Positions 1 through 9,113 of a stretch of DNA of 30,560 bases are shown here, one piece after another. This DNA comes from a virus (Duplodnaviria > Caudoviricetes), in the IMG/VR virus record IMGVR_UViG_3300014818_000021, positions 1 through 30,560 of that record. One strand, 5' to 3'. The first letter of the stretch is position 1, and each line of letters starts with the position of its first letter. The notes below the pieces were generated by a model that saw only the letters and a list, made by a program, of their open reading frames with translations, had not been told where the DNA came from and made no database searches. Both the position numbers and the translations under genes were made by a program.

Positions 1-111
1 CAAACAATAGAGTTAATCAAACAAGATGATGAAATACTCGAAGAGTATAATAAATCACAATCAATGGAAGATGGAGAACAATCTCCTGATAAAGAAGAGA
101 CAATACATTAG
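1..111 (+). CDS. 3' end of upstream gene (partial; QTIELIKQDDEILEEYNKSQSMEDGEQSPDKEETIH*)
   Basis: Frame 1 is open from base 1 to TAG at 109-111 and encodes an acidic C-terminal tail. Not in the ORF track because it lacks a start. Confidence 0.65.
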   Translation, partial: QTIELIKQDDEILEEYNKSQSMEDGEQSPDKEETIH

Positions 112-140
112 TATATCATCTCTTCCTGAGAAGACTCTCT

Positions 141-173
141 ATTATACCATAGTTTACTACATTTGTAAACCCC
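141..173 (-). promoter_or_regulatory. Phage early-type sigma70 promoter, leftward
   Basis: Reverse complement reads GGGG-TTTACA-N17-TATAAT (-35 at 164-169, -10 at 141-146), the same motif as the + strand promoters. Confidence 0.8.
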
Positions 174-361
174 TAAGTGAAATAAATCTCATTAGGCATG
201 CCTTCACCCTAAGAGAAACACATCTGGGGTTTGATGATCAATACTTTAAAAGAAGTATACATTAGATCTAAACAAGATGATGAAATACTCGAAGAGTATA
301 CCATATCACAATAAGGGATATGCTTTTATTAGTATATCATCCTTCTCCGAGTTGACTCTCT

Positions 362-395
362 ATTATACCGTACTTTTGACCATTTGTAAACCCCC
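362..395 (-). promoter_or_regulatory. Phage early-type sigma70 promoter, leftward
   Basis: Reverse complement reads GGGGG-TTTACA-N17-TATAAT (-35 at 385-390, -10 at 362-367). Confidence 0.8.
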
Positions 396-444
396 TAAGT
401 GAAATAAATCTGAAATAAATTTAACTAGAGTTATTTCTAATCTA

Positions 445-477
445 GGGGTTTACTTTCTTTGAAAAGTATGGTATAAT
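445..477 (+). promoter_or_regulatory. Phage early-type promoter for gp55-47-46
   Basis: GGGG-TTTACT-N17-TATAAT. Resembles the T4 early promoter (GTTTAC...TATAAT). Confidence 0.85.
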
Positions 478-515
478 GATCCTTATATTAAAACAATAAC
501 GTAGGAGAAGAAATA

Positions 516-1088
516 ATGGCTACCGCCAAATCAAAAGCTAAACCACATTATATTGATAATAAGCAATTCTCTTTAGCTGTAGTAGATTATGTTAAAGACG
601 TTAGAGAAGCAAAGGAACAAGATATATCTATTCCTAAGGTTACAGACTATATTGCTACCTGTTTCCTTAAGATATCCGAAGGACTATCACATAGACCTAA
701 CTTTGTTAGATATACCTATAGAGAAGAAATGGTTATGGATGCTGTAGAAAACTGTTTAAGAGCAGTTAATAACTATAGAATTGAAACTACGACTCGCACA
801 GGTTTGCCTAATGCTTTCTCGTATTTTACACAGATTTGTTTTTACGCATTCATTAGACGTATTGCCAAAGAAAAGAAACAACAAGAAATCAAGTTTAGAT
901 TCATTGAGCGTATGGGTATAGAAGACTTTGCGGATATGGGTATTGACAGTAGCGGAGCGACAGAAACTATGGCTTATGTTGATTCATTAAGAACCCGAAT
1001 TGATCAGGTTAAGAACAAAGATGAAAAGATTAAAGAATTCGCTAAAGAAGAAAAAGCAAGAGAAAAACTAGAACTCTTTATGTTATAA
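516..1088 (+). CDS. gp55: Late-transcription sigma factor (T4 gp55-like)
   Basis: HYIDNK, LSHRPNFVRYTYREEMVMDAVENC and NAFSYFTQICFYAFIRRI motifs; AGGAG SD; sits upstream of gp47/gp46. Confidence 0.93.
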   Translation: MATAKSKAKPHYIDNKQFSLAVVDYVKDVREAKEQDISIPKVTDYIATCFLKISEGLSHRPNFVRYTYREEMVMDAVENCLRAVNNYRIETTTRTGLPNAFSYFTQICFYAFIRRIAKEKKQQEIKFRFIERMGIEDFADMGIDSSGATETMAYVDSLRTRIDQVKNKDEKIKEFAKEEKAREKLELFML

Positions 1089-1101
1089 CAGGAACCATAT
1101 T

Positions 1102-2163
1102 ATGAAAGTCGCAATATTGAATGATACCCACGCAGGAACTCGCAATAGTTCCCAAATCTTCCTGGACTATCAGGGAAGGTTTTACAGAGAGATATTCTTC
1201 CCTTACTTGAAGGAACACAACATCAAGAATATTCTGCATCTTGGTGATTACTATGAACATCGCAAGTTTGTTAACTTTAAGGCTCTTAATCAGAACCGAA
1301 AAGACTTCCTAGAACCTATGCGTGATAACGGTATTACTATGGATATTATCCCTGGTAACCATGACGTTTTTTACAAGAATACCAACGAACTATGCTCTTT
1401 AAAAGAGCTACTAGGTTACTTTACTTCCAACGTTAACATCATTATGAAGCCTACGATATTAGACTATGCCGGATGTAAGGTTGGAGCATTACCGTGGATT
1501 AACAATTCGAACTATGAAGAATCCATGAAATGGGTACAGAACTGTGAAGCTTCTATTATTGGTGCGCATCTCGAGTTAAAGGGATTTGAAATGATGGCAG
1601 GCGTTACTAATCCACATGGTATGGAAGCCGATGCATTCTCCAGATTCGAAATGGTTCTATCCGGTCATTTTCATACTAAATCTAATCAAGGTAACGTTAC
1701 TTATTTAGGTTCTCAGATGGAATTTACATGGTCCGACGTCGATGATCCTAAGTATTTCCACATATTAGATACCGAGACTAGAGAGATTACTCCAGTAAGA
1801 AATCCTATTACGTTGTTTAAAAAGGTTATCTATGATGATACTAAGACTGATTATAATGAAATGGATGTTCAACAATTTGCGAATAAGTTCATCAAGCTAA
1901 TTGTTGTTAATAAGTCAGACCTTTATATGTTTGATAGATTTATTGATAGACTTCAGAATATCGAAACCTTTGAACTAAAGATTGCTGAAAGCTTCGAAGA
2001 ATATCTAGGAGAAAGCGTTGATGATGGTAAAGTGTCACTAGAAGATACTTCGCAACTTCTAGATTCATATGTTGAAGCAGTTGATACCGACTTAGATAAG
2101 GATCACCTCAAAATAGAACTACGCAAATTATACACAGAAGCCCAAAATTTGGAGGTGCTATGA
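1102..2163 (+). CDS. gp47: Recombination nuclease subunit (Mre11/SbcD-like)
   Basis: Metallophosphoesterase motifs DTH, GD, GNHD and GHFH; adjacent to gp46. Confidence 0.95.
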   Translation: MKVAILNDTHAGTRNSSQIFLDYQGRFYREIFFPYLKEHNIKNILHLGDYYEHRKFVNFKALNQNRKDFLEPMRDNGITMDIIPGNHDVFYKNTNELCSLKELLGYFTSNVNIIMKPTILDYAGCKVGALPWINNSNYEESMKWVQNCEASIIGAHLELKGFEMMAGVTNPHGMEADAFSRFEMVLSGHFHTKSNQGNVTYLGSQMEFTWSDVDDPKYFHILDTETREITPVRNPITLFKKVIYDDTKTDYNEMDVQQFANKFIKLIVVNKSDLYMFDRFIDRLQNIETFELKIAESFEEYLGESVDDGKVSLEDTSQLLDSYVEAVDTDLDKDHLKIELRKLYTEAQNLEVL

Positions 2164-3875
2164 TACACTTTAAGTCAGTTGCATGGCGCAACTTTTTATC
2201 TACTGGATCAGATCCGATCGAGGTCAAACTAGACAAATCCCCATCAACATTAATTGTTGGCTCAAACGGAGCAGGTAAATCCACTATGCTAGATGCTTTA
2301 TCGTTTGGTTTATTCGGTAAAGCACACAGAGACATTAATAGAAATCAACTAATTAATTCTATTAACGGCAAAGGAGCGGAAGTAACAGTAGAGTTTAACA
2401 TAGGCAACTCTGAGTTCAAAGTAGTACGAGGCATTAAACCGTCTAAGTTCGAAATCTGGCAAAATGGTAATATGATTAATCAGTCTGCAAACGCAAGGGA
2501 TTATCAGAAGTTTTTAGAAGCTAACATTCTAAAGCTTAATCATAAGTCATTTCATCAGGTGGTAGTCCTAGGTAGTAGTTCATTTATTCCTTTCATGCAA
2601 CTCCCCGTTTGGTCACGCCGAGGTATTATTGAAGACCTTCTTGATATTAATATCTTCTCTAAAATGAATTTGTTGTTAAAGGAAAGAAACGCAAAGATCA
2701 AAGAAGAGCTGGTAGATATCAGTCATCGCATAGAGATGTTTAAAACAAAAATAGATTCACAGACAAAGTATATCAAAAACCTTGAATCCTTAAATAAGGA
2801 TCAAATAGCACAAAAGATAGAATCCATTGATATTCATAAGAAGAAGATCGAAGAAACATTTGAAGGATCTAGAAAGTTAGGTAAAAACCTTCAGACTCTT
2901 ATGCTGGATGAAGAGAAGACTAATAAGGGGTTAACCGATCAATTATCCCAAATGAAATCATATAACCTTCAGTATAACTCTAAAATTAAAGAACTAGTAA
3001 GTCAATCCAAGTTCTATGAGATTAATGACCAATGCCCAACGTGTGAACAGGATATATCGCCTGACATTAAAAAGGATAAAATCACAAAGATCATATCTAA
3101 GGCTAAGGAAGTACAGACCGATAAGGAAAAGGTTGAAAAGAGTCTTGAAAGCGTAAAATACGAGTTAAAAGAGGTAAGCTCCAACCTAAACGTATTAAGA
3201 CAAAAACAAGCTAAGATTAACTCCAATAACGATGTTATTAGCGTGTTGCAAAAAGAGATTGATAAGGTTCAAAAAGAGATCAATCGCTTATCTAGCCAAA
3301 CTGGTGATAGCGCATTAGCTCGCCAAGAACTAGATTCACTTTCGAGCGCTAAAGAATCTGCTACTGAAAAGAAGTTAGAGTATGTTGAAGAAAGAACCTA
3401 TAACGAAGTACTTGGAGAAATGTTAAAGGATACTGGAATTAAAACTAAAGTGATTAAGCAGTATCTTCCTGTTATGAATAGATTCATTAATCAGTACCTG
3501 CAGATTCTGGACTTCTTTGTCGCTTTTCATCTGGATGAAAACTTTGGGGAAACCATTAGATCACGCCACCGGGATTCGTTTAACTATGCATCATTTTCAG
3601 AAGGCGAAAAACAACGGATAGATCTGGCATTACTTTTCACATGGCGACAAATTGCTAAGATGAAAAACAGTGCATCTACTAATCTATTGGTGTTGGACGA
3701 GACCTTTGATTCTTCTTTAGATTCGGACGGAGTGGATAGTTTAACCAAGATCCTAAGTACACTTGAAGATGGCACAAACGTGTTTATTATATCTCATAAA
3801 GGCGATATATTAGAAAACAAGTTTAGATCTAAAATAGAGTTCTTCAAGCATAAGAACTTTTCCAAAATAAGATAG
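2160..3875 (+). CDS. gp46: Recombination ATPase subunit (Rad50/SbcC-like)
   Basis: Walker A GSNGAGKS, coiled coil with CPTC zinc hook, FSEGE signature, Walker B LVLDE, SH motif. Confidence 0.96.
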   Translation: MIHFKSVAWRNFLSTGSDPIEVKLDKSPSTLIVGSNGAGKSTMLDALSFGLFGKAHRDINRNQLINSINGKGAEVTVEFNIGNSEFKVVRGIKPSKFEIWQNGNMINQSANARDYQKFLEANILKLNHKSFHQVVVLGSSSFIPFMQLPVWSRRGIIEDLLDINIFSKMNLLLKERNAKIKEELVDISHRIEMFKTKIDSQTKYIKNLESLNKDQIAQKIESIDIHKKKIEETFEGSRKLGKNLQTLMLDEEKTNKGLTDQLSQMKSYNLQYNSKIKELVSQSKFYEINDQCPTCEQDISPDIKKDKITKIISKAKEVQTDKEKVEKSLESVKYELKEVSSNLNVLRQKQAKINSNNDVISVLQKEIDKVQKEINRLSSQTGDSALARQELDSLSSAKESATEKKLEYVEERTYNEVLGEMLKDTGIKTKVIKQYLPVMNRFINQYLQILDFFVAFHLDENFGETIRSRHRDSFNYASFSEGEKQRIDLALLFTWRQIAKMKNSASTNLLVLDETFDSSLDSDGVDSLTKILSTLEDGTNVFIISHKGDILENKFRSKIEFFKHKNFSKIR

Positions 3876-3904
3876 AGCCGAACCCCAATATAATAAAAAA
3901 GCAT

Positions 3905-3934
3905 AAGCCTATGATTATTTGTCATAGGCTTTTT
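3905..3934 (+). terminator. Intrinsic terminator after gp46
   Basis: AGCCTATGA-N7-TCATAGGCT stem followed by a T-run, with an A-run upstream (possibly bidirectional). Confidence 0.75.
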
Positions 3935-3941
3935 GTGTTTA

Positions 3942-3975
3942 GGGGGTTACGGTTAGTATGATAGTATGGTATAAT
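3942..3975 (+). promoter_or_regulatory. Phage promoter, TTACGG variant
   Basis: GGGGG-TTACGG-N17-TATAAT with GTATGG immediately before the -10. Confidence 0.8.
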
Positions 3976-4002
3976 ACTCATCTTAAATAAGGAAAAGCGA
4001 TT

Positions 4003-6123
4003 ATGTACGAGAATTCTTCTTTACCAAAGCTTCTAGCTAGAGAAAATATAACAATTAGACATGGCAACTATAAAACTGCTTGGTTCGATATTAAGAACCG
4101 TGTACTCGGCTTACCCACATGGAAAGATATGGGTAAAGACGTTTACGATCTATTCATTGGTCATGAAGTTGGTCATGCACTAGAAACGCCATATGAAGGA
4201 TGGCACGACACCACGGAAAAACTGGAAGGGTGTCCAAGATCATACGTTAACGTTATAGAAGATGCTAGAATCGAGAGAAAGATTAAAACTAGATATCCTG
4301 GTTTAGTTGGTCCATTCAATAGAGGCTATAAAAAGCTTTTAGAATTAGAATTCTTTGGTTTATTGGATGATGTTAACTGGCCAAAAGTTAAGCTCATAGA
4401 TAAGATTAACCTAAAGACTAAATTAGGTAATCTCATGGAAGTACCATTTTCTCCAGAAGAATATGTATTTTGTGATAGATCCCTCAAGACAGAAAGCTTT
4501 GAAGAAGTGGTTCAATTAGTAAAAGACATTGCTGCTTACACTAAGGAGAATACTCCGGAACTAACTAATAACCCACCACCAGTACCAGAAAATGATGAAA
4601 GCAGCTCAGAAGAATCTGAAAAAGATTCGGACGAGTCAGACCAATCAGAATCTAGTCCATTAACGGAAGAAGATTCAGCGGAAGAGGTATTAGCAAATGA
4701 GAGTCCAACGAAAGAAGATGAAGAAGAAGGTGATGATCAATCGTCGTCGGGTGGAGACGTTGCTTCTAACGAAGAATATATTAGTACCATTCAAGAAGAA
4801 GTCTCTATAACAGATCAGATATTTCGTTCTAAAGAAACAGACCTTTTGGACATAAAAGAAGATGGGTATCAAACTCTCACCTTTAGCGAAATATCAAAGG
4901 AAAACCTAGATAAGATTGTCATTAGCTGGAAAGATCTTAAAGCCCAAAGAGAAAAAGCCCTGGCTTCGAGCGGCTATGATATAGAGTATTATAGAGATAA
5001 CTTCAAAGCATATATTAAAGATACTAAGAAAAACGTACAGTTTGCTGTAAAAGAGTTCGAAATGAAAAAAGCAGCTTATCAATATTCACGTGCTACCACA
5101 GGTAAAAGCGGTGTCATAGATGTTAATAGGCTACACTCTTATAAAACAAGCGAAGACATATTTTCACAAGTAACAAATCTAGCAAACTCTAAATCCCATG
5201 GTATGATCTTACTTGTAGACTATTCAGCTTCTATGGCAGACTCTTTATCTGAAGTATTAGATCAAGTTACATCTTTAGTGCTATTTTGTAAGCAGGTTAA
5301 CATACCCTTTGATGTCTATGGATTTACCAGTTGTAACGATAAACTATATGGCTCAGAGCAGGACGGTGATATGGACTTATGGAATATGTCAATGCCTCTA
5401 CTTTGTTCATCTTCATTAGATAAGAAAAACCTGGATCTTTCGTTGCTAAATCTTTACATCAGACAGAAAAAACCATATTATTACAATTATGCGTCTACCA
5501 CAGAGCATTTGGGTAATACACCCCTGGATCAAGCTTTAATCGTTAGCCATGACCTTATAAGGGATTTTAAAAACAAGCATCGGATTCAGAAAATGAATTT
5601 CATCACATTTACAGATGGTGATTCAAATCCATTAAACTACGTCTCAAAAGGTGATATGCCAAAAACCCCTATTCAAAGAGGACGTCACGTCAATATACAG
5701 ATACAAGGTAAAATGCTAAGGGAAGTTCCTAGATACCGAACTACGGAGATATTACTACAAAGTATTCAAAAGAAATTCGGGGTTACCACGTTGGGCTTCT
5801 TCATGACCAGTCATAATAAAGAATGGAACTACAGACTATTCCTCATGGCAAAAGCCGAGGGTAAATCAGATATGATGGACACCTACAAGACAGAGTGCAA
5901 TAAGGAATACAGACTTAATAAATGCGTTGCTAAAAAAAGCATACTAGGTTACAGCGAATACTATATGATTAAGGCTGGAAAGGCTCTCAGCACTTCTACA
6001 GACGATTTTGATACTACTGATGGCGCTACTAAATCACAAATTGCTACAGCCTTTAAGAAGTACTCAAAGTCTAAGAAAAACAATAAAACCCTTATGACTA
6101 ATTTCAGTAAAGCAATAGCTTAA
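4003..6123 (+). CDS. Zn-metallopeptidase-motif + VWA domain protein (CobT-like partner of MoxR AAA)
   Basis: HEVGH and NVIEDARIE in the N-domain, long acidic linker, MIDAS DYSASM, and T(P)/TDG motifs; adjacent to a CobS-like ATPase. Confidence 0.8.
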   Translation: MYENSSLPKLLARENITIRHGNYKTAWFDIKNRVLGLPTWKDMGKDVYDLFIGHEVGHALETPYEGWHDTTEKLEGCPRSYVNVIEDARIERKIKTRYPGLVGPFNRGYKKLLELEFFGLLDDVNWPKVKLIDKINLKTKLGNLMEVPFSPEEYVFCDRSLKTESFEEVVQLVKDIAAYTKENTPELTNNPPPVPENDESSSEESEKDSDESDQSESSPLTEEDSAEEVLANESPTKEDEEEGDDQSSSGGDVASNEEYISTIQEEVSITDQIFRSKETDLLDIKEDGYQTLTFSEISKENLDKIVISWKDLKAQREKALASSGYDIEYYRDNFKAYIKDTKKNVQFAVKEFEMKKAAYQYSRATTGKSGVIDVNRLHSYKTSEDIFSQVTNLANSKSHGMILLVDYSASMADSLSEVLDQVTSLVLFCKQVNIPFDVYGFTSCNDKLYGSEQDGDMDLWNMSMPLLCSSSLDKKNLDLSLLNLYIRQKKPYYYNYASTTEHLGNTPLDQALIVSHDLIRDFKNKHRIQKMNFITFTDGDSNPLNYVSKGDMPKTPIQRGRHVNIQIQGKMLREVPRYRTTEILLQSIQKKFGVTTLGFFMTSHNKEWNYRLFLMAKAEGKSDMMDTYKTECNKEYRLNKCVAKKSILGYSEYYMIKAGKALSTSTDDFDTTDGATKSQIATAFKKYSKSKKNNKTLMTNFSKAIA

Positions 6124-6155
6124 TATGCCAAAAGGTTCTAAGCTAATTTCACCTA

Positions 6156-6189
6156 GGGGGTTACGGTTAGACCAAAAATACGGTATAAT
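6156..6189 (+). promoter_or_regulatory. Phage promoter, TTACGG variant
   Basis: GGGGG-TTACGG-N17-TATAAT followed by GATCCCATATTAAA. Confidence 0.8.
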
Positions 6190-6224
6190 GATCCCATATT
6201 AAACAAATGAGTAAAACCTATATT

Positions 6225-7343
6225 ATGAAAAATTCTACCCAGATTATACTTCAAGAACTATCAGACCGTTTTCCAGACCAGATAGAGTTTCGCCGTAAAA
6301 CAGTGGAAGATCTATCTAAGTCTATGGGATATACGGGTAAAGACTATAATCCTCTTATGACAGACGAAAATAGAGTCCGCATTGGAACATATAGCTTAGA
6401 ACAGGTTATTCTTCCCTTTCGAAGAAGTATGCCTGCTCCTGAAGATACTACCAATATACCTGCTCAGATGCAGTCAATAGTAAACAAGGAACGAACCTAC
6501 GCTAAAGTAGATCCTACTTTCGTTCCGTGGGGTTCATATACAGATATAGTTAAGATCATTAAGAACGATTCTTTCTTCCCCGTTTACATCAGTGGTTTAT
6601 CCGGCAACGGTAAAACCTTTATGGTCGAACAAGCTTGCGCTAAACTAAATAAGGAATTCATACGTGTACAAATTAATCCGGAAACAGACGAAGATGATTT
6701 GCTCGGCGGTTTCCGCCTCATCAACGGCGAAACTGTATTTGCTAAAGGACCAGTTCTTAAAGCTATGGAAAACGGTGCAGTTCTGCTCCTCGATGAAATT
6801 GATCGCGCTACAAATAAAATCATGTGTCTTCAAGGCATACTTGAAGGTAAGCCTGTCCTCGTTAAAAAAACTGGTGAAACTATTACTCCAAAAGCTGGAT
6901 TCAATGTTATAGCTACAGCAAACACCAAAGGTAAAGGTTCAGACGATGGACGCTTTACCGCTGCTTCGATTATTGATGAAGCATTTCTAGAACGATTCAC
7001 TATTGCTATTGACCAAAAGTTCCCTGGCGTTGTAGTAGAGAAAAAGATCCTTATCAACCATATGAATAAGTTTGGCGCAGACGATAAGGACTTTGTAGAT
7101 CAGCTTGTTAACTGGGCAGATATTATTCGCAAAACATTCTATGATGAAGGCGTCGATGAGGTTATCTCTACCCGTCGTCTATGTCACATTATACAGACCT
7201 TTTCTATCTTCGGGAATCGTACAAAAGCCATTGACCTTTGTATCTCCCGTTTTGATGAAGACACCAAAGAGGCTTTCCTAGATCTATACTCCAAAGTAGA
7301 TCCAGCGACAGCAGATACCCAACCAACCCCATTTTATGAGTAA
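6225..7343 (+). CDS. cobS: CobS-like MoxR-family AAA+ ATPase (start 6225 preferred over 6207)
   Basis: Walker A GLSGNGKT, Walker B LLLDEID, ATANTKG, FLERF, ISTRRL. The leader ATGAG...TATATTATG matches the one before 24378, favouring the second ATG. Confidence 0.85.
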   Translation: MKNSTQIILQELSDRFPDQIEFRRKTVEDLSKSMGYTGKDYNPLMTDENRVRIGTYSLEQVILPFRRSMPAPEDTTNIPAQMQSIVNKERTYAKVDPTFVPWGSYTDIVKIIKNDSFFPVYISGLSGNGKTFMVEQACAKLNKEFIRVQINPETDEDDLLGGFRLINGETVFAKGPVLKAMENGAVLLLDEIDRATNKIMCLQGILEGKPVLVKKTGETITPKAGFNVIATANTKGKGSDDGRFTAASIIDEAFLERFTIAIDQKFPGVVVEKKILINHMNKFGADDKDFVDQLVNWADIIRKTFYDEGVDEVISTRRLCHIIQTFSIFGNRTKAIDLCISRFDEDTKEAFLDLYSKVDPATADTQPTPFYE

Positions 7344-7357
7344 GGAATAACTAGATT

Positions 7358-7696
7358 ATGAATACCACATATACTACCCAGCATATCGATCCAGATCAGG
7401 ATCTGCGATATGAATATGAACCCGATTATAAGTTTCGCGAAGATGAACTAATTGCGGAGTTCTCAGCATACATTGATGCAACCTATGGTGGACATTACGG
7501 CCAGGGCGGACTTCAGTCTTCTGAAGTTATAGTTGACAGAGGACACGGCATCGGATTCTTTCTTGGTAATGTTGACAAGTACAACGGTCGATATGGCAAG
7601 AAAGGCGAACCCGCGGATCACCGCAAAGATATTGTGAAGATTATTCATTATGGGTTTCTCGCCTTATATGAGCATGACCGCTTAAATCAAAAATAA
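7358..7696 (+). CDS. DUF3310-like protein (putative nucleotide kinase, T7 gp1.7-related)
   Basis: HY...GFFLGNVDKYNGRYGKKG...DIVKIIHY pattern recognised from memory. Confidence 0.6.
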   Translation: MNTTYTTQHIDPDQDLRYEYEPDYKFREDELIAEFSAYIDATYGGHYGQGGLQSSEVIVDRGHGIGFFLGNVDKYNGRYGKKGEPADHRKDIVKIIHYGFLALYEHDRLNQK

Positions 7697-7715
7697 TTTC
7701 AATTAATTTGCATTA

Positions 7716-7749
7716 GGGGGTTTACAAACCATCAATAATATGGTATAAT
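7716..7749 (+). promoter_or_regulatory. Phage early-type promoter for gp45
   Basis: GGGGG-TTTACA-N17-TATAAT. Confidence 0.85.
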
Positions 7750-7774
7750 GATCTCATCAAATAAGGAAACAACA

Positions 7775-8446
7775 ATGAAGATATCCAGAAACACGATTAA
7801 CACCCTTAAGAATTACGCGAGCATTAATTCCAATCTCGTATTCAAACCGGGCCAAAAGCTAAGAACCATTTCTGATTCTAAGACAATAATGTCTGGCGCA
7901 GAAACAGTTGAAGACTTTCCAGTAGAGTTTGGGATTTATGACCTAAACGAATTCTTATCTGTATATGCTTTATTCGAAGATCCAGATTTGGAATTCGAGC
8001 ATAAGAGCGTGCTTATCAGTGCGGGCGAACAGTCTATTCGTTACTACTTCTCTGAAACGGACATACTCACCCAACCTTCAAAAGACATCATAATGCCTGA
8101 ATCAGAATTTAACATTCTAATGCCTGCAGCTACATTGGATAAGATTCGTCGTGCAGCTTCGGTGCTAGGCCATACAGATATGTCTATTGAAGGTTCAGAA
8201 GGTAAGATCAGCGTACTAATCTTTGATGCTAAAGACGCTACTTCTAATACATATAACATTGACCTTGATGGTGATAATGATTGCAAGAACGAGTTTAACT
8301 TCGTATTCAATATTGCAAACCTTAAAATGATTCAAGGCGATTACAAATTAACGATTTCATCTAAGCTTATTTCACAATGGTCTAATGTAGATCAACCTGT
8401 AGAATACTTCATAGCTTTGGAAAAATCATCCAAATTTCGCGCATAG
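7775..8446 (+). CDS. gp45: Sliding clamp
   Basis: MKISRNTINTLKNYASINSNL, FGIYDLNEFLS and YFIALE motifs. The ATG at 7748 overlaps the -10 box, so ATG 7775 (after AAGGA) is used. Confidence 0.93.
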   Translation: MKISRNTINTLKNYASINSNLVFKPGQKLRTISDSKTIMSGAETVEDFPVEFGIYDLNEFLSVYALFEDPDLEFEHKSVLISAGEQSIRYYFSETDILTQPSKDIIMPESEFNILMPAATLDKIRRAASVLGHTDMSIEGSEGKISVLIFDAKDATSNTYNIDLDGDNDCKNEFNFVFNIANLKMIQGDYKLTISSKLISQWSNVDQPVEYFIALEKSSKFRA

Positions 8447-8553
8447 ATAATATGCGTAAAACAAATTCTTTTATCATGATGATAATGGGATAATAGGTAT
8501 AATGCCGAATTATCGGGTTATCCTAAAATTAGTCTAACACTCGAGGAAATACC

Positions 8554-8784
8554 ATGACTGAACAAGTAGAACAAACAGAACAAGCAGAACCAGTACAATT
8601 ACAATTGCAAGATATCGCGATGTGTATACAAATCATCGATATATCCTCAAAACGTGGTGCTTTTGAAGGCGCTGAAATGGAGACAATTGGTGCTTTACGT
8701 AATCGTGTAGCAGCATTTCTAGAATCTAACCGTCCACCTGAAGCAGAGGGTGAAGAAGGCGGAGAAACTCCACAAGAAGGCTAA
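8554..8784 (+). CDS. Hypothetical small acidic protein
   Basis: GAGG SD, followed by a terminator. Core IIDISSKRGAFEGAE. Confidence 0.8.
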   Translation: MTEQVEQTEQAEPVQLQLQDIAMCIQIIDISSKRGAFEGAEMETIGALRNRVAAFLESNRPPEAEGEEGGETPQEG

Positions 8785-8799
8785 ACAGTTTTAGCTTAA

Positions 8800-8830
8800 T
8801 GCGAGAGTAGCTCTCTCGCACTTTTATTAT
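8800..8830 (+). terminator. Intrinsic terminator
   Basis: TGCGAGAG-TAGCT-CTCTCGCA followed by CTTTTATTAT. Confidence 0.7.
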
Positions 8831-8855
8831 TAATTATAGACTTGAAGGATATATT

Positions 8856-9113
8856 ATGCAAACCAATGATAAAGCAAATCTAATCGAAGCCCTACGTAGC
8901 GGCTCAGTTACAGTTACATTCAAAAAAATAAATAGTGACGAGATACGCGTTATGCCGTGTACCCTGAATCCTATTGTGTTAGAAGCCAACGGCGTTGATA
9001 TTACAGTTGATAAGGTTAGTCCTGAATCAGATAATATTGCTGTATGGTCTACTGATAAAAACGCTTGGAGGTCGTTCCGTACCAATACAGTTACTAGCTG
9101 GGAAGTACTTTAA
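8856..9113 (+). CDS. WYL_2/DUF2693-like Sm/SH3-fold protein
   Basis: VTVTFKKINSDEIRVMPCTL...VWSTDKNAWRSFR pattern; TAATG-coupled to gp44. Confidence 0.7.
   Translation: MQTNDKANLIEALRSGSVTVTFKKINSDEIRVMPCTLNPIVLEANGVDITVDKVSPESDNIAVWSTDKNAWRSFRTNTVTSWEVL

Larger units (their letters stand above)
19..411. repeat. Imperfect direct duplication (unit A ~19-189, unit B ~270-411)
   Basis: AAACAAGATGATGAAATACTCGAAGAGTATA is identical at 19-49 and 270-300. ATTAGTATATCATC at 107-120 and 328-341. GACTCTCTATTATACC at 133-148 and 354-369. CATTTGTAAACCCC(C)TAAGTGAAATAAATCT at 160-189 and 381-411. Confidence 0.95.

Noticed and set aside
26-265. 79-aa + strand ORF in the track
   Set aside because: It overlaps the more plausible frame-1 gene tail (1-111), runs across a promoter and repeat, and has no SD; probably spurious.
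19-300. 31-nt direct repeat as a CRISPR or TIGR-like array
   Set aside because: Only two copies 251 nt apart, homology extends into the flanks, one copy is coding, and there is no cas or tas gene in the window.
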